Assembly (NCBI GenBank): GCA_046708645.1
Contig: JBKKDI010000319.1
Coordinates: forward strand, 1 to 40,670
Source of the DNA: Aestuariivirga sp.
Lineage (GTDB): Bacteria > Pseudomonadota > Alphaproteobacteria > Rhizobiales > Aestuariivirgaceae
Direction of reading: 5' to 3'
Length of the DNA: 40,670 bases
The notes under the pieces were generated by a model. That model did no database searches, was not told the origin of the DNA, and was given only the letters and a program-made list of their open reading frames with translations. Of the stretch, positions 1 through 9,880 are shown one piece after another. Within the stretch, counting starts at the first letter, position 1. Each line of letters starts with the position of its first letter. The position numbers and the translations under genes were made by a program.

Positions 1-200
1 GGATCGAAGCGGTTCTCCGCCAGCTCGACGAAAATGCGGCGAATGGGAAAGGCATGCGGCAATCCGTCGGTCAATGCCGCAAGGGCGTAACCACGGTCCG
101 GGTCCGGCGTCGCCCGGAAATAATTCGCCATGAGCGTCAACTTGCCATTGCGCGACGGCGTGTAAAGCAGACGGTCGAGAAGCTCCGCGAAGGCCTTCAT
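1..200 (-). CDS. ATP-dependent DNA ligase (ligase-associated DNA damage response type), N-terminal part; runs off the window
   Basis: Not in the ORF track. Manual translation from ATG at 200 gives [44 protein letters not shown]..., which resembles the N-terminus of alphaproteobacterial ATP-dependent ligases. It has an ATGA overlap with the exonuclease stop. Confidence 0.85.
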   Translation of the reverse strand, partial: MKAFAELLDRLLYTPSRNGKLTLMANYFRATPDPDRGYALAALTDGLPHAFPIRRIFVELAENRFD

Positions 201-1219
201 TCCGGCTCGTCCTCGCGGCCCACCAGGGCCAGCGCGCGGGCTTTCAAGCCCATCGCCTGCACGGCATGGACAAGGGCTTCCTCGCGGCCATGGGTCACCC
301 AGATTTCCTCGGCCCCGGTTTCGCGGATTGTATCCAGCAATTCAGGCCAGTCCGCATGATCGGAAATCACCAGTGGCAATTCCACGCCGCGCTGGCGCAC
401 GCGCCCGCGAATGCGCATCCAGCCCGAAGCAAAGCTGGCCAGCGGCTCGGCCAGCCGCCTCGACCAGCGATCGCCGATGGCCGATGGCGGCGAGAGAACA
501 ATTTCGCCCGGCAGAGTATCCGCAGCCTCCGCCACGGCGCGAATATCGCCCAGGGCGATGCCTTGACCGACATAGTAATCCGTCATCGACACCAGTGCGC
601 CATGGAGCCAGACGGGCTTCTCATATCCCGCCTGTCGCAACAGCGCGATCAGCCGCTGGCATTTCCCCAGGCTGTAAACGCCGATCTGGTGGGTGCGTTC
701 GGGAAACGCCGCCAGCGATGCCAGCAGCTTGCCGATTTCGCCGTGGTCGGGCTCATGGCAAAACACCGGAAGCCCAAAGGTCGCCTCGGTAATGAAGAGA
801 TCGCAGGTGATGGGCTCGAACGGCAAGCAAGTCACGTCCGCATGCCGTTTATAGTCACCCGACACGACGGCGCGCTGCCCGCGATAGTCGATGACGATTT
901 GCGCGCTGCCAAGGATATGGCCAGCCGGAACCAGCCGAACGGTGACATCGCCCATGGTGAGCACATCGCCATAGGCGATGGCCTGCAACTGGCCCCCGGC
1001 AAACTCGCCAAGGCGCAGCCGCATTATATCGAGGGTCTCCTCCGTCGCCAGCACCGCGCCATGTCCGGCGCGGGCATGGTCGGAATGGCCGTGGGTGATG
1101 ACGGCCCGGGAAACCGCCGCGTGAGGGTCGATATAAAAATCCCCCGGCACGCAATAAAGGCCGTGATCGTCGGGCCGGAGCCAGGTTTCAAAGGGGGGTG
1201 CAACTGACATGGCGGGCAT
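197..1219 (-). CDS. Ligase-associated DNA damage response exonuclease (metallo-beta-lactamase/beta-CASP fold)
   Basis: THGHSDH metal motif, [29 protein letters not shown] and THG motifs; coupled to the ligase. Start may be the ATG at 1210. Confidence 0.9.
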   Translation of the reverse strand: MPAMSVAPPFETWLRPDDHGLYCVPGDFYIDPHAAVSRAVITHGHSDHARAGHGAVLATEETLDIMRLRLGEFAGGQLQAIAYGDVLTMGDVTVRLVPAGHILGSAQIVIDYRGQRAVVSGDYKRHADVTCLPFEPITCDLFITEATFGLPVFCHEPDHGEIGKLLASLAAFPERTHQIGVYSLGKCQRLIALLRQAGYEKPVWLHGALVSMTDYYVGQGIALGDIRAVAEAADTLPGEIVLSPPSAIGDRWSRRLAEPLASFASGWMRIRGRVRQRGVELPLVISDHADWPELLDTIRETGAEEIWVTHGREEALVHAVQAMGLKARALALVGREDEPE

Positions 1220-1245
1220 TCTAATACAGCATCAACGGGCCTTCC

Positions 1246-1274
1246 TTGACATTGTTCCCCACCCCTCGCATGTA
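1246..1274 (+). promoter_or_regulatory. Putative promoter of ispH (TTGACA-N17-CATGTA)
   Basis: Perfect TTGACA at 1246-1251. A weak -10 lies 17 nt later and ends 6 nt before the ATG at 1281. Confidence 0.45.
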
Positions 1275-1280
1275 GCCCAA

Positions 1281-2243
1281 ATGCCGAAGCCGCCGCTCAC
1301 CATCCTGCTCGCCGGCCCCCGTGGCTTCTGTGCCGGCGTGGTCCGCGCCATCGACATCGTGGAGCGGGCGCTCGCCCTTTATGGCCCTCCGGTTTATGTG
1401 CGCCACGAGATCGTGCACAACCGCTTCGTGGTCGACGATCTTCGCGCCAAGGGTGCCATCTTCGTCGACGAGCTGAACGAAATTCCGCCGGGTGATCGTC
1501 CCGTGATCTTCTCTGCCCACGGCGTGCCCAAATCCGTGCCCCAGGAAGCCGGGGCGAGAAAGCTGTTCCACATCGATGCGACCTGTCCCCTCGTCACCAA
1601 GGTTCACATGGAGGCGCAGCGTCACTACGATGAGGGCCTCGACATCATCCTCATCGGCCACCGGGGCCACCCGGAAGTCATCGGCACCATGGGTCAATTG
1701 CCCGACGGCGCCATCACCCTCATAGAGGCTGTTGAAGATGCAGAAGCGCTCAGCGTGCGCGATTCGGAGAAACTCGCCTATGTGACGCAAACGACGCTGT
1801 CTGTTGACGACACCAAGGATGTGATTGCCGTATTGCAACGGCGCTTCCCCTCAATCCGCGGCCCGTTCAAGGAAGATATTTGCTACGCCACGACCAACCG
1901 CCAGGACGCCGTGAAATCAATCGCCTCGCGCATCGATCTGCTGCTCGTCGTCGGTGCGCCCAACTCGTCCAATTCCAAACGGCTCGTCGAAGTGGGAGAA
2001 AAGAGCGGCTGCCCGCGCGCCCTTCTCGTGCAGCGCGCCCGCGATCTCGATTGGGCCACATTGCAAAATCTCAGCACCATTGGCCTCACGGCGGGAGCCT
2101 CGGCTCCGGAAATCCTGGTCAACGAAATCATCGATGCCTTCCGCGAGCACTATGAAGCGACGGTCGAGAAGGTCACGCTGCGCGAGGAAAACGTCTCCTT
2201 CAAGCTGCCGCGTGAATTGCGCGAAAGCCAGCCCGCCGCATGA
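1281..2243 (+). CDS. ispH: 4-hydroxy-3-methylbut-2-enyl diphosphate reductase
   Basis: [37 protein letters not shown] and TAGASAPE motifs. Start placed at ATG 1281 because the track start at 1209 overlaps the divergent gene. Confidence 0.97.
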   Translation: MPKPPLTILLAGPRGFCAGVVRAIDIVERALALYGPPVYVRHEIVHNRFVVDDLRAKGAIFVDELNEIPPGDRPVIFSAHGVPKSVPQEAGARKLFHIDATCPLVTKVHMEAQRHYDEGLDIILIGHRGHPEVIGTMGQLPDGAITLIEAVEDAEALSVRDSEKLAYVTQTTLSVDDTKDVIAVLQRRFPSIRGPFKEDICYATTNRQDAVKSIASRIDLLLVVGAPNSSNSKRLVEVGEKSGCPRALLVQRARDLDWATLQNLSTIGLTAGASAPEILVNEIIDAFREHYEATVEKVTLREENVSFKLPRELRESQPAA

Positions 2244-2704
2244 CGGCAAATCGCGTCATCGCGCATACGGATGGCGCGTGCTCCGGCAATCCGGGGCCCG
2301 GCGGCTGGGGCGTCATTCTCGATTACAATGGCAAACGCAAGGAGCTTTCCGGCGGCGAGGCGGAGACTACCAACAATCGCATGGAGCTGATGGCGGCGAT
2401 TTCCGCACTTGAATCGCTTAAGCGGCCTTGCACGATCGAGATGCATGTCGATTCCAACTACGTGAAGGACGGCATCACCAAATGGATCCACGGCTGGAAG
2501 CGCAATGGCTGGAAAACTTCGGACAAAAAGCCTGTCAAGAATGCCGAGCTCTGGCAGCGCCTCGATGCGGCCCTCGCCCGCCATAACGTGTCGTGGCACT
2601 GGGTAAAAGGTCACGCCGGACACGATGTCAACGAACGGGCCGATGAACTCGCCCGCGAAGGCATGGCGCCGTTCAAGCGCGGCAGGAAATTCAAAGCTGG
2701 CTAA
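2240..2704 (+). CDS. rnhA: Ribonuclease HI
   Basis: [38 protein letters not shown]; ATGA overlap with ispH. Confidence 0.97.
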   Translation: MTANRVIAHTDGACSGNPGPGGWGVILDYNGKRKELSGGEAETTNNRMELMAAISALESLKRPCTIEMHVDSNYVKDGITKWIHGWKRNGWKTSDKKPVKNAELWQRLDAALARHNVSWHWVKGHAGHDVNERADELAREGMAPFKRGRKFKAG

Positions 2705-3173
2705 GAACCGTCTCAGCGCCCGAGACGTTGACGCCGGGCTTGTCCTCGACATTCAGCGCCTTGACCACGCCATTCTCGACCACCATCGAATAGCGCCGCG
2801 AACGCTCGCCCATGCCGGATCTGCTGAGATCGATATTGAGGCCGAGGCTCCGCGCAAATTCGCCGTTACCGTCGGCCAGCATCATGACCTTGCCTTCGGG
2901 GTCCAGGGCTTTGCCCCAGGCGGTCATCACATGCACGTCGTTCACCGCAGTGCAGGCGATCGTATCCACGCCCTTGAGTTTCAAGGCATCGATTGCCTTC
3001 AGGAAGCTGGGGAAATGGTTCATGCTGCACGTCGGCGTGAAAGCGCCGGGCAGCGCGAACAGCACCACCTTTCGGCCGGCGAATACAACATCGGTCGAAA
3101 GCTTCTGCTGGCCATCGGCGGTCATGACAGAGAATTCGGCATCGGGAAGCTTGTCACCGGGCTTGATGGTCAT
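2691..3173 (-). CDS. Peroxiredoxin (Prx5-like)
   Basis: PGAFTPTCS peroxidatic motif, VNDVHVM, ADGNGEF, RSRRYSM. Confidence 0.93.
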   Translation of the reverse strand: MTIKPGDKLPDAEFSVMTADGQQKLSTDVVFAGRKVVLFALPGAFTPTCSMNHFPSFLKAIDALKLKGVDTIACTAVNDVHVMTAWGKALDPEGKVMMLADGNGEFARSLGLNIDLSRSGMGERSRRYSMVVENGVVKALNVEDKPGVNVSGAETVLSQL

Positions 3174-3182
3174 GGCTGCTCT

Positions 3183-3944
3183 CTATTCGACCGTGACGGT
3201 CTGTTCAATACCGGATCCAGCGGTGGCAATTGTCAGATTGAGGGAAAGGCCGATGAGCTCCGCTACATCCTTCACATTATCAACGGTCAGGCGCGCTTCA
3301 AGTCCATCGGCGGAGAAAGCGGGCTTCCGGAAATATGCCGGGCTTGCGGATTCCACAAAGATGTCATCGACCGGGCGGAGAAGCTTCGCCACGAGAACGA
3401 TTTTCGTGGCGTCCAGTATCGCAGTCGCCGAGCGAACCACGGTTCCCGGAACGGGAATGCGCTTCATCCACTTGTCAATAATAACGGCGTCTCCCGAATT
3501 TGCGTTGCCGAGGGCGAGCGTCCCCTGGGCCTTCGCCGGAATGCAAACATCCTTGCAGACGGCAAAAAAGAGATCGAGATGAAGATTGGCCTCCGCTGCG
3601 CCCGGCGTTGGTCTCACGATCAGCGGAAAGATCACCTGCCGCTCATAGCCCACCGTCTCCCCGCTCAGGTCATGCAAACGTTGGGGTAACGGATAAAGAA
3701 CATCGGCGCTGTTGATGCCACGAGACGCTGTCCAGTCAAACTGCGGCGGAATGCCGGCCTCGCCCGGCATGCGCCAATAGGTTTTCCAGCCATCGTCGAG
3801 ATCGATCGAAATTCCCGCCAACCACCGGTCCGTCTCGTGGACCCCGCCAACAAGCTTCATCCGATAGGGCTGGGAGGCCTCGGCCCGAAGCTGCGCCGGC
3901 ATCGAAAGGCCGGCGATGGCGGCGATTATTGTCCTGCGATTCAT
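3183..3944 (-). CDS. Exported DsbD N-terminal-domain (protein-disulfide reductase) protein
   Basis: Signal peptide; GWKTYWRMPGEAGIPP and CKDVCIP motifs. Confidence 0.85.
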   Translation of the reverse strand: MNRRTIIAAIAGLSMPAQLRAEASQPYRMKLVGGVHETDRWLAGISIDLDDGWKTYWRMPGEAGIPPQFDWTASRGINSADVLYPLPQRLHDLSGETVGYERQVIFPLIVRPTPGAAEANLHLDLFFAVCKDVCIPAKAQGTLALGNANSGDAVIIDKWMKRIPVPGTVVRSATAILDATKIVLVAKLLRPVDDIFVESASPAYFRKPAFSADGLEARLTVDNVKDVAELIGLSLNLTIATAGSGIEQTVTVE

Positions 3945-4053
3945 GCTTGCCTATATGAAGCGAGAGGCGAGGTCCGCCAATCACGTTCCCGTCACCTTGG
4001 AAACCTATACGAGCGAGCCAATCGGAGCTAATTTGAAGTCAGCGAGCACAGCC

Positions 4054-4641
4054 ATGAAGGCACGGTCCTATCTCGACGGCCAGGTGATCATCGCCATGCC
4101 CGGCATGGCCGATCCCCGCTTCGACCACTCCGTGATTTATCTCTGCGTCCATTCGGAAAGCGGCGCCATGGGCATCATTGTCAATAAAGTGGCGCCAATG
4201 ATGAATTTCGGCGATCTGGTGTCGCGCCTCGATATCGTCCCCGAGACGGGCGGCTCCCATATCCCGGAGGAAATCATGGGCCTGGCGGTGCAATTTGGCG
4301 GCCCCGTGGAGCCCGGACGCGGTTTCGTGCTGCACACCTCCGATTATTTCTCCGCCGATTCAAGCCTACCGGTGACCTCGCGCATCGCACTTACCGCCAC
4401 ACTCGATATCCTCCGCGACATGGCCAAGGGAGAGGGTCCCAAACGGGCCATGCTGGCGCTCGGCTATTCGGGCTGGGCACCGGGGCAGCTCGAAGATGAA
4501 ATCCAGCATAACGGCTGGCTCCACTGCGCGGCCGACGAGGAGTTATTGTTCGGAACGGCACACGAAGATAAGTATAGCCAAGCGCTCGCCAAAATTGGCG
4601 TCGATCCAGCCATGCTGTCAAGCGAAGCGGGGCACGCCTAG
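4054..4641 (+). CDS. YqgE/AlgH family protein (DUF179)
   Basis: AMPGMADPRF, GGPVEPGRGFVLH, LGYSGWAPGQLEDEI, SSEAGHA C-terminus; start chosen at ATG 4054. Confidence 0.93.
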   Translation: MKARSYLDGQVIIAMPGMADPRFDHSVIYLCVHSESGAMGIIVNKVAPMMNFGDLVSRLDIVPETGGSHIPEEIMGLAVQFGGPVEPGRGFVLHTSDYFSADSSLPVTSRIALTATLDILRDMAKGEGPKRAMLALGYSGWAPGQLEDEIQHNGWLHCAADEELLFGTAHEDKYSQALAKIGVDPAMLSSEAGHA

Positions 4642-4642
4642 C

Positions 4643-7600
4643 TCAATGGGGTGGCAGGGGGATTTTTCTGGCGATGCGCTTTGGCTCGCCGTTTGCCTGC
4701 CGTCTGCGGCGCTTGCGAGACCGGGGGCGTGTCTCCGTCTGGCTTGCGGCAGCAGCGCCATCGGCTCCCGGCTGACCCAACTCCACCGCTATTTCCTCAG
4801 GAGGCTTCACCGCGCGCGGCGCCATGGGCGCCGAACCGAGGGGTGGAACCGCTGGTTTAACCGCCGTATGCGGCTCTCCAGCCGCGATCGTTTCACTTGG
4901 CCGGGCTACCGCTTGAGCTGTTTCCGCCTCCTCCCGCAACCGGGACTGGGATTCGTGGATGCCAGCGGCGGTTACTTCCTCGGTAAGCGGAACGGGCGCG
5001 GGATCCCTTGCCGCCCGTTCCCACAACCAGGTGATGGCGGTGCGGCCGCTGCTGGCCGTATAGGGCAGCCCCGTAAGGGCATCGGTCACCTGCCTGGCCG
5101 TCATCGGCCGGCCGATGAAATAACCCTGGCCCAAATCGCAATCAAGGGCGCCGAGACGGTCAACCTGTTCCTGGTTCTCTATACCCTCGGCCACAATCGC
5201 CAGGCCGAGGGTGTGTGCCATGGCGACAATTGCTTCGAGGATTACCGTGGCCCGCTCGTCCGCGGCATCGGCGGCGATGAAGGTACGGTCTAGCTTCAAG
5301 GTATCGAATGGCAGGCGGCGCAAGCTCGAGAGGGAGGAGTGACCGGTGCCGAAATCGTCGCAGGAAAGGCCGACGCCCAATTCCTTCAAGCGCTCCAGTA
5401 TGTGGCCGGCGAGTTCCGGATATTGCATGACGAGAGATTCGGTGACCTCGATCTTGAGGGTGTTGCTGCTGATGGTCTCGCGGTAAAGAACTTGCGCGAT
5501 ATCGTCGATCAGACTGGACTCGATCAGCTGGGCGGAGGAAATGTTTACCGCCACGAACACCGGCTCGGCCTGGCCGAACGAGCGCTGCCAGATGCCAAGC
5601 TGCCGGCCTGCCTCGTTGAGTACGGCGCGGCCAATGTCCTTGATCATTCCGGTCTGCTCGGCCAGGCCGATAAAGCTCTCGGGAGCCAACAGGCCGAGAG
5701 TGGGATGGCGCCAGCGCACCAACGCCTCAAAGCCCGCGAGATTCATGTCAGCCAGCCGGGCGATCGGCTGGTAGTGAACTTCGATTTCGTTGCGCTCGAG
5801 GGCGCGGCGGAGCTCCTGCTCGAGAACCACAAGTTCGGTGCGGTCGTCGCGCATGGACGTGCGGAAATTCTCGATCGTACCGCTTCCCCGGCGTTTGGCT
5901 TCGTAAAGTGCGATGGTGGCGTCCTTCAACACCTGTTCGGCTGACAGACCTGGTTCGCGATTGTGCGCCACGCCAATACAGGCCGTGAGGAATACCTCCC
6001 GGGTATCGAGCATAATCGGACGTTCGATGGCCTTTCGCATCGCTCTTTTAAAGGCGGCTAGACTGCGTTTGGGGTCGGAGGCGAGAAAGAGGATCGCAAA
6101 CTGGCCGCCGGGCAGGCGGGCGACAGTGTCGTCTGGGCCTATCTCGGCTGTTAGACGGCGCGCGATCACGGTCAATAGGCCATCGCCCGCCTCGTGACCC
6201 AATGCATCATTCACCGTTTTGAAGCGGTCGATGTCGGCCAGCAGTACGTGTGTGTCAACCTTTGCCGTTCCGCTGGCCGCGGTTAGCGCGCGCGCCAACC
6301 GGTCAATAAACAAGGCGCGATTGGGAAGCCCGGTGACCACATCATAAACCGCATCGGTGAGGAGCCGCTCTTCGGTAAGCTTGGCATCGGTGACATCCGT
6401 CAAGGTTCCGATACAGCGGATGGCCCGTTGCCCGCTGCCGGGCATGCCGCGGCCGCGCAGTTGAAACCACCGGTAATCGCCTTCGCCATGACGAAGCCGG
6501 AACTCGCGTTCGATGACGCCGTTGCCTTGCTGCTCGGCGATTTCAACCGCCGCAAGATAAGCGGAGCGATCGGAGGGATGTATGAGTTCGAGAAAAGTCT
6601 CGATACCCCCTTCGGACATAATGCCGGATTGCAGCCCCAGAGCGCGTTCGATCTCTTCGCCGACGTGAAGGTCATTGTCCTCCGGCTGCCAATCCCAAAC
6701 ATAGGAACGGGCCCCGGCAAGGGCCAAAGCGCGGCGGCCCGCCTCGCGGAAGAAATGCTGGGGCAGATGGCCCTTGTTGAAGGCCTGGTGCACCAGGGTA
6801 AAAACCATGGTGACCAGCACCGCGCAGAGTCCCGCGAGCAACACCGGTGAGAGCGCCGTGCTGCGCGGGTTCGCAAGGATGGCGACGAGACCGGTGAAGG
6901 TCCACAGCAGAATCGCAGACCAGGAGACAAGAGCCGTTTCAGCCTTGGCATCGCCGTTGCGCCAGAGATAGAAAATAAAGGTAAAACCCGCCAGCACTGT
7001 TATGCCGAAAATCACGCGGGCAACGCCGGACACTGCGGCAGGTTCGATAAAGCTCAAGACCGCAACCGCGATGGCAAAACCTCCTGAGAGGAGTGGCGCG
7101 GCGCTGAGCAGCGGCAGGAACCGCCGCAAGTCCAGGACTGTCACAAGATAGAATAGGAGGAAAACCGCCATGAGACCTTCAATGAGAGCCCGGGCGGTGG
7201 TGAGCTTGATAGTCGATATTCCCATCGCTTCAAGGATCGCTGGCAGGTGCCCGGCCTCCAGCAACATGAACCCGAAACTGGCCACGGCAAAACCACTGGC
7301 GGCGAGAAACACGGGCCGCGATCTGAAGCCATAAAGCGCCAACAGGGCGACGGAGAGAAGCGCTGCGATGCCGAGGAGTGAACCACGGAAGAAGGCAAAA
7401 TAATCCTTTTGTTCATCGAAGGCATCGCGCTGCCAGAGGGTGGCGGCGGAGAGCGAGGGGCCAGAAACTTCAAAGGCGATGGTAGCCGTCTTGCCCGGTT
7501 CCAGCACGAACCCATAGGCCTGCTTGCCGGTAACGGGTAAACGTTGAAGACTGACGGAGCCTGTGGTGGCGATGCTGGCCACATGCTCGCCCGGCGGCTT

Positions 7601-7990
7601 TGGCCAATAGACACCCGAACCCACGAAGCCCTGGCCAGCTATGGAGATCACGACATTGCGGGCGGTTGTGCTGCTGTTGGTGAAAGCTCCCACCATCCAA
7701 CGAAACGTAGGGCCCGGTCCCTTGGCGCGCAAAATCATGAGGTCTTTGGCGCCGGCTATGCTGCCAGGTTTTTCTATCGATACATCGCGGCGGTCCGTCT
7801 CCAAAGCGGCGAAATACGGCAATAGATCCATGCGGGGACCGCTTGCCGCCACATCGGCAAGGTTTCCCGCATGAGCTGATGGCAGAGCCGTAAAGAGTCC
7901 CAAGATAATCCACATTGCGAGCCATAACAGACCCGCAAAGCCTTCGTCGGCGTTACGAAATGGACTCATGCTCTCTTGGTAGCGCCGCAT
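4643..7990 (-). CDS. Membrane sensor PAS-GGDEF(degenerate)-EAL c-di-GMP phosphodiesterase
   Basis: Periplasmic N-domain, multiple hydrophobic helices, PAS/PAC (IHPSDR, YRWF), TGLPNR and DIDRFKTVND with PGGQF in place of GGDEF, and intact FEALVRW, EVTES and DDFGTG. Start uncertain. Confidence 0.9.
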   Translation of the reverse strand: MRRYQESMSPFRNADEGFAGLLWLAMWIILGLFTALPSAHAGNLADVAASGPRMDLLPYFAALETDRRDVSIEKPGSIAGAKDLMILRAKGPGPTFRWMVGAFTNSSTTARNVVISIAGQGFVGSGVYWPKPPGEHVASIATTGSVSLQRLPVTGKQAYGFVLEPGKTATIAFEVSGPSLSAATLWQRDAFDEQKDYFAFFRGSLLGIAALLSVALLALYGFRSRPVFLAASGFAVASFGFMLLEAGHLPAILEAMGISTIKLTTARALIEGLMAVFLLFYLVTVLDLRRFLPLLSAAPLLSGGFAIAVAVLSFIEPAAVSGVARVIFGITVLAGFTFIFYLWRNGDAKAETALVSWSAILLWTFTGLVAILANPRSTALSPVLLAGLCAVLVTMVFTLVHQAFNKGHLPQHFFREAGRRALALAGARSYVWDWQPEDNDLHVGEEIERALGLQSGIMSEGGIETFLELIHPSDRSAYLAAVEIAEQQGNGVIEREFRLRHGEGDYRWFQLRGRGMPGSGQRAIRCIGTLTDVTDAKLTEERLLTDAVYDVVTGLPNRALFIDRLARALTAASGTAKVDTHVLLADIDRFKTVNDALGHEAGDGLLTVIARRLTAEIGPDDTVARLPGGQFAILFLASDPKRSLAAFKRAMRKAIERPIMLDTREVFLTACIGVAHNREPGLSAEQVLKDATIALYEAKRRGSGTIENFRTSMRDDRTELVVLEQELRRALERNEIEVHYQPIARLADMNLAGFEALVRWRHPTLGLLAPESFIGLAEQTGMIKDIGRAVLNEAGRQLGIWQRSFGQAEPVFVAVNISSAQLIESSLIDDIAQVLYRETISSNTLKIEVTESLVMQYPELAGHILERLKELGVGLSCDDFGTGHSSLSSLRRLPFDTLKLDRTFIAADAADERATVILEAIVAMAHTLGLAIVAEGIENQEQVDRLGALDCDLGQGYFIGRPMTARQVTDALTGLPYTASSGRTAITWLWERAARDPAPVPLTEEVTAAGIHESQSRLREEAETAQAVARPSETIAAGEPHTAVKPAVPPLGSAPMAPRAVKPPEEIAVELGQPGADGAAAASQTETRPRSRKRRRRQANGEPKRIARKIPLPPH

Positions 7991-8020
7991 GGGTCCGCCT
8001 GGCAAGAAATGAAGAAAGGC

Positions 8021-8602
8021 TCAACGGTTGTTGCCAAGGCGGGCAAACAGCACGTGGTCTTGCCATAGGCCATTGATCTTCAAATAGCGGCGGGCGAGGC
8101 CCTCGCGCGAAAAACCATTATGCTGCAAAAGCACGATCGAGGCTTCGTTATCTGGAAGAGAGGCAGCTTCAAGGCGATGCAATTGCAGATGGTCGAAAGC
8201 GAATGGAAGTGTAAGGCGCAGAGCTGCCGTCATATATCCTTGGCGCGCAAAGGGCGCTCCTATCCAGTATCCCAATGTTGCAATCTGCGCGACGCCGCGG
8301 CGCACGTTCGACAACGTGATGCCGCCCAAAAATGTCCGCCCATCATTTGTGAAAATGAAGAACGGATAGGCCATATCATTCTCGATGTCGGCCCAATAGC
8401 GTTTCACCCGGCCGCGAAAAGACGTCCGTGTCAGGTCGTTTGAAGGCCACAGGGGTTCCCAGGGAGAGAGAAAATCCCGGCTTGCAAGGCGGAGCGCCGC
8501 CCAGCTTTCAAAATCGCTGACGTCAGGCGTGCGCAGCAACACCTTGCCGTTCTTGAGAACGGGAGGCAGATCGGGTGCAAATGGCGATCTTAGAAAAGCC
8601 AT
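8021..8602 (-). CDS. RimJ-like GNAT N-acetyltransferase
   Basis: FLSPWEP, NVRRGVAQ, LGYWIG, YLKINGLWQDHVLFA. Confidence 0.9.
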   Translation of the reverse strand: MAFLRSPFAPDLPPVLKNGKVLLRTPDVSDFESWAALRLASRDFLSPWEPLWPSNDLTRTSFRGRVKRYWADIENDMAYPFFIFTNDGRTFLGGITLSNVRRGVAQIATLGYWIGAPFARQGYMTAALRLTLPFAFDHLQLHRLEAASLPDNEASIVLLQHNGFSREGLARRYLKINGLWQDHVLFARLGNNR

Positions 8603-8608
8603 GGCGCC

Positions 8609-9868
8609 TCAGGCGAAATGCTTGACGATGGTCTCATAGGGCGAAAGGCTGGTGAGCTGGCCCACGGCGCTGAACGCGGGAATACGCGTCTTGAAAAGCC
8701 TGCCGGCGAGATCGCGCACTTGCTCAGCCGTGACCGCATCGATTTTCGCAACCAGAGTGGCGATCTCCGGGACGTGGCCAAAAGCCAGGAATTGGCGGGC
8801 GATCTGATCGGCACGGGATGAAGCGCTTTCCAGATTCATGACGAGACTGGCCTTGAGCTGGGCCTTAGCCCGGGCGATTTCAGCATCGGTCACCAGGCCT
8901 GCAACCGACAGCATGACGTTTGAGGTAATGTCCATGAGCTGGCGCGAGTGCTCAGGTGACGTCGCCGCATAGACGGCCAATTGCCCGCCATCTTCATAGG
9001 CCGAACCGAAAGAGAAAACGCTGTAGCAAAGACCCCGCTTCTCGCGCACTTCCTGGAAAAGCCGCGAGGACATGCCGCCGCCGAGAAGGCTGGACAAAAC
9101 CTGGAGCACGTAGATCTCGGGATCCTTGTAGCCGGGCGCGGCGAAGGCAACGACGACATGGGTTTGGTCCAGGGGCTTGTCGGCGGTCTGCGCGGTCGGA
9201 ATGAAGGTTGGCGGCTCGCGTTGTGTATCCTGACCTACATCGATGCCGTTCAGGAGCCGCTCGGCCTCGTCGGCAAATTCGCGGTGATCGACATTGCCAG
9301 CGGCGGCCACAACCATGCGGGTGCCCCAGTAGTTGCGATCGCGCCAGGCCAGTATCTGGTCCCTTGTGATCCCGGCGATCAACTCGGATGTGCCAAGAAT
9401 TGGACGGCCAAGGGGATGGCTGGCAAAGGATGCCGCTTGAACGAGTTCGAACACCAGGTCGTCCGGCTGATCGTTGGCGGCGGCGATCTCCTGCAAAATT
9501 ACGTCGCGCTCGCGTTCCAGTTCTTCGGGGTCGAGAACCGATTCCGTGAAAATATCGGCGAGGATGTCGAGAGCCAGCGGCCAGTCCTGCTTGAGGACAC
9601 GGGCATAGTAGGTCGTCGTCTCCATGCTGGTCGCGGCATTGATCTCGCCGCCAGCGGATTCGATTTCTTCGGCGATGGCCCGGGCGCTCCGGCGTTTGGT
9701 GCCCTTGAAGGCCATGTGTTCGAGAAAATGAGCGATGCCATTTTCTTCCGGCCTCTCATCGCGAGCGCCGGCCTTAACCCAAATGCCGAGCGCTGCCGTC
9801 TCGAGATGCGGCATGTGATCGGTCACGACATTGATGCCATTGGAGAGACGGGTAATTTCTACGCCCAT
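8609..9868 (-). CDS. M16 (pitrilysin/MPP-like) zinc peptidase
   Basis: Inverted zinc motif HFLEH, INAATS, GGGMSSRLFQEVREKRGLCY. Confidence 0.95.
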   Translation of the reverse strand: MGVEITRLSNGINVVTDHMPHLETAALGIWVKAGARDERPEENGIAHFLEHMAFKGTKRRSARAIAEEIESAGGEINAATSMETTTYYARVLKQDWPLALDILADIFTESVLDPEELERERDVILQEIAAANDQPDDLVFELVQAASFASHPLGRPILGTSELIAGITRDQILAWRDRNYWGTRMVVAAAGNVDHREFADEAERLLNGIDVGQDTQREPPTFIPTAQTADKPLDQTHVVVAFAAPGYKDPEIYVLQVLSSLLGGGMSSRLFQEVREKRGLCYSVFSFGSAYEDGGQLAVYAATSPEHSRQLMDITSNVMLSVAGLVTDAEIARAKAQLKASLVMNLESASSRADQIARQFLAFGHVPEIATLVAKIDAVTAEQVRDLAGRLFKTRIPAFSAVGQLTSLSPYETIVKHFA

Positions 9869-9880
9869 GACTTACTCTTT

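Noticed and set aside
266-1207. 313-aa + strand ORF, and similar long shadows at 2625-3689, 8981-9988 and 18577-19587
   Set aside because: Each lies opposite a motif-rich gene and has no family signature.
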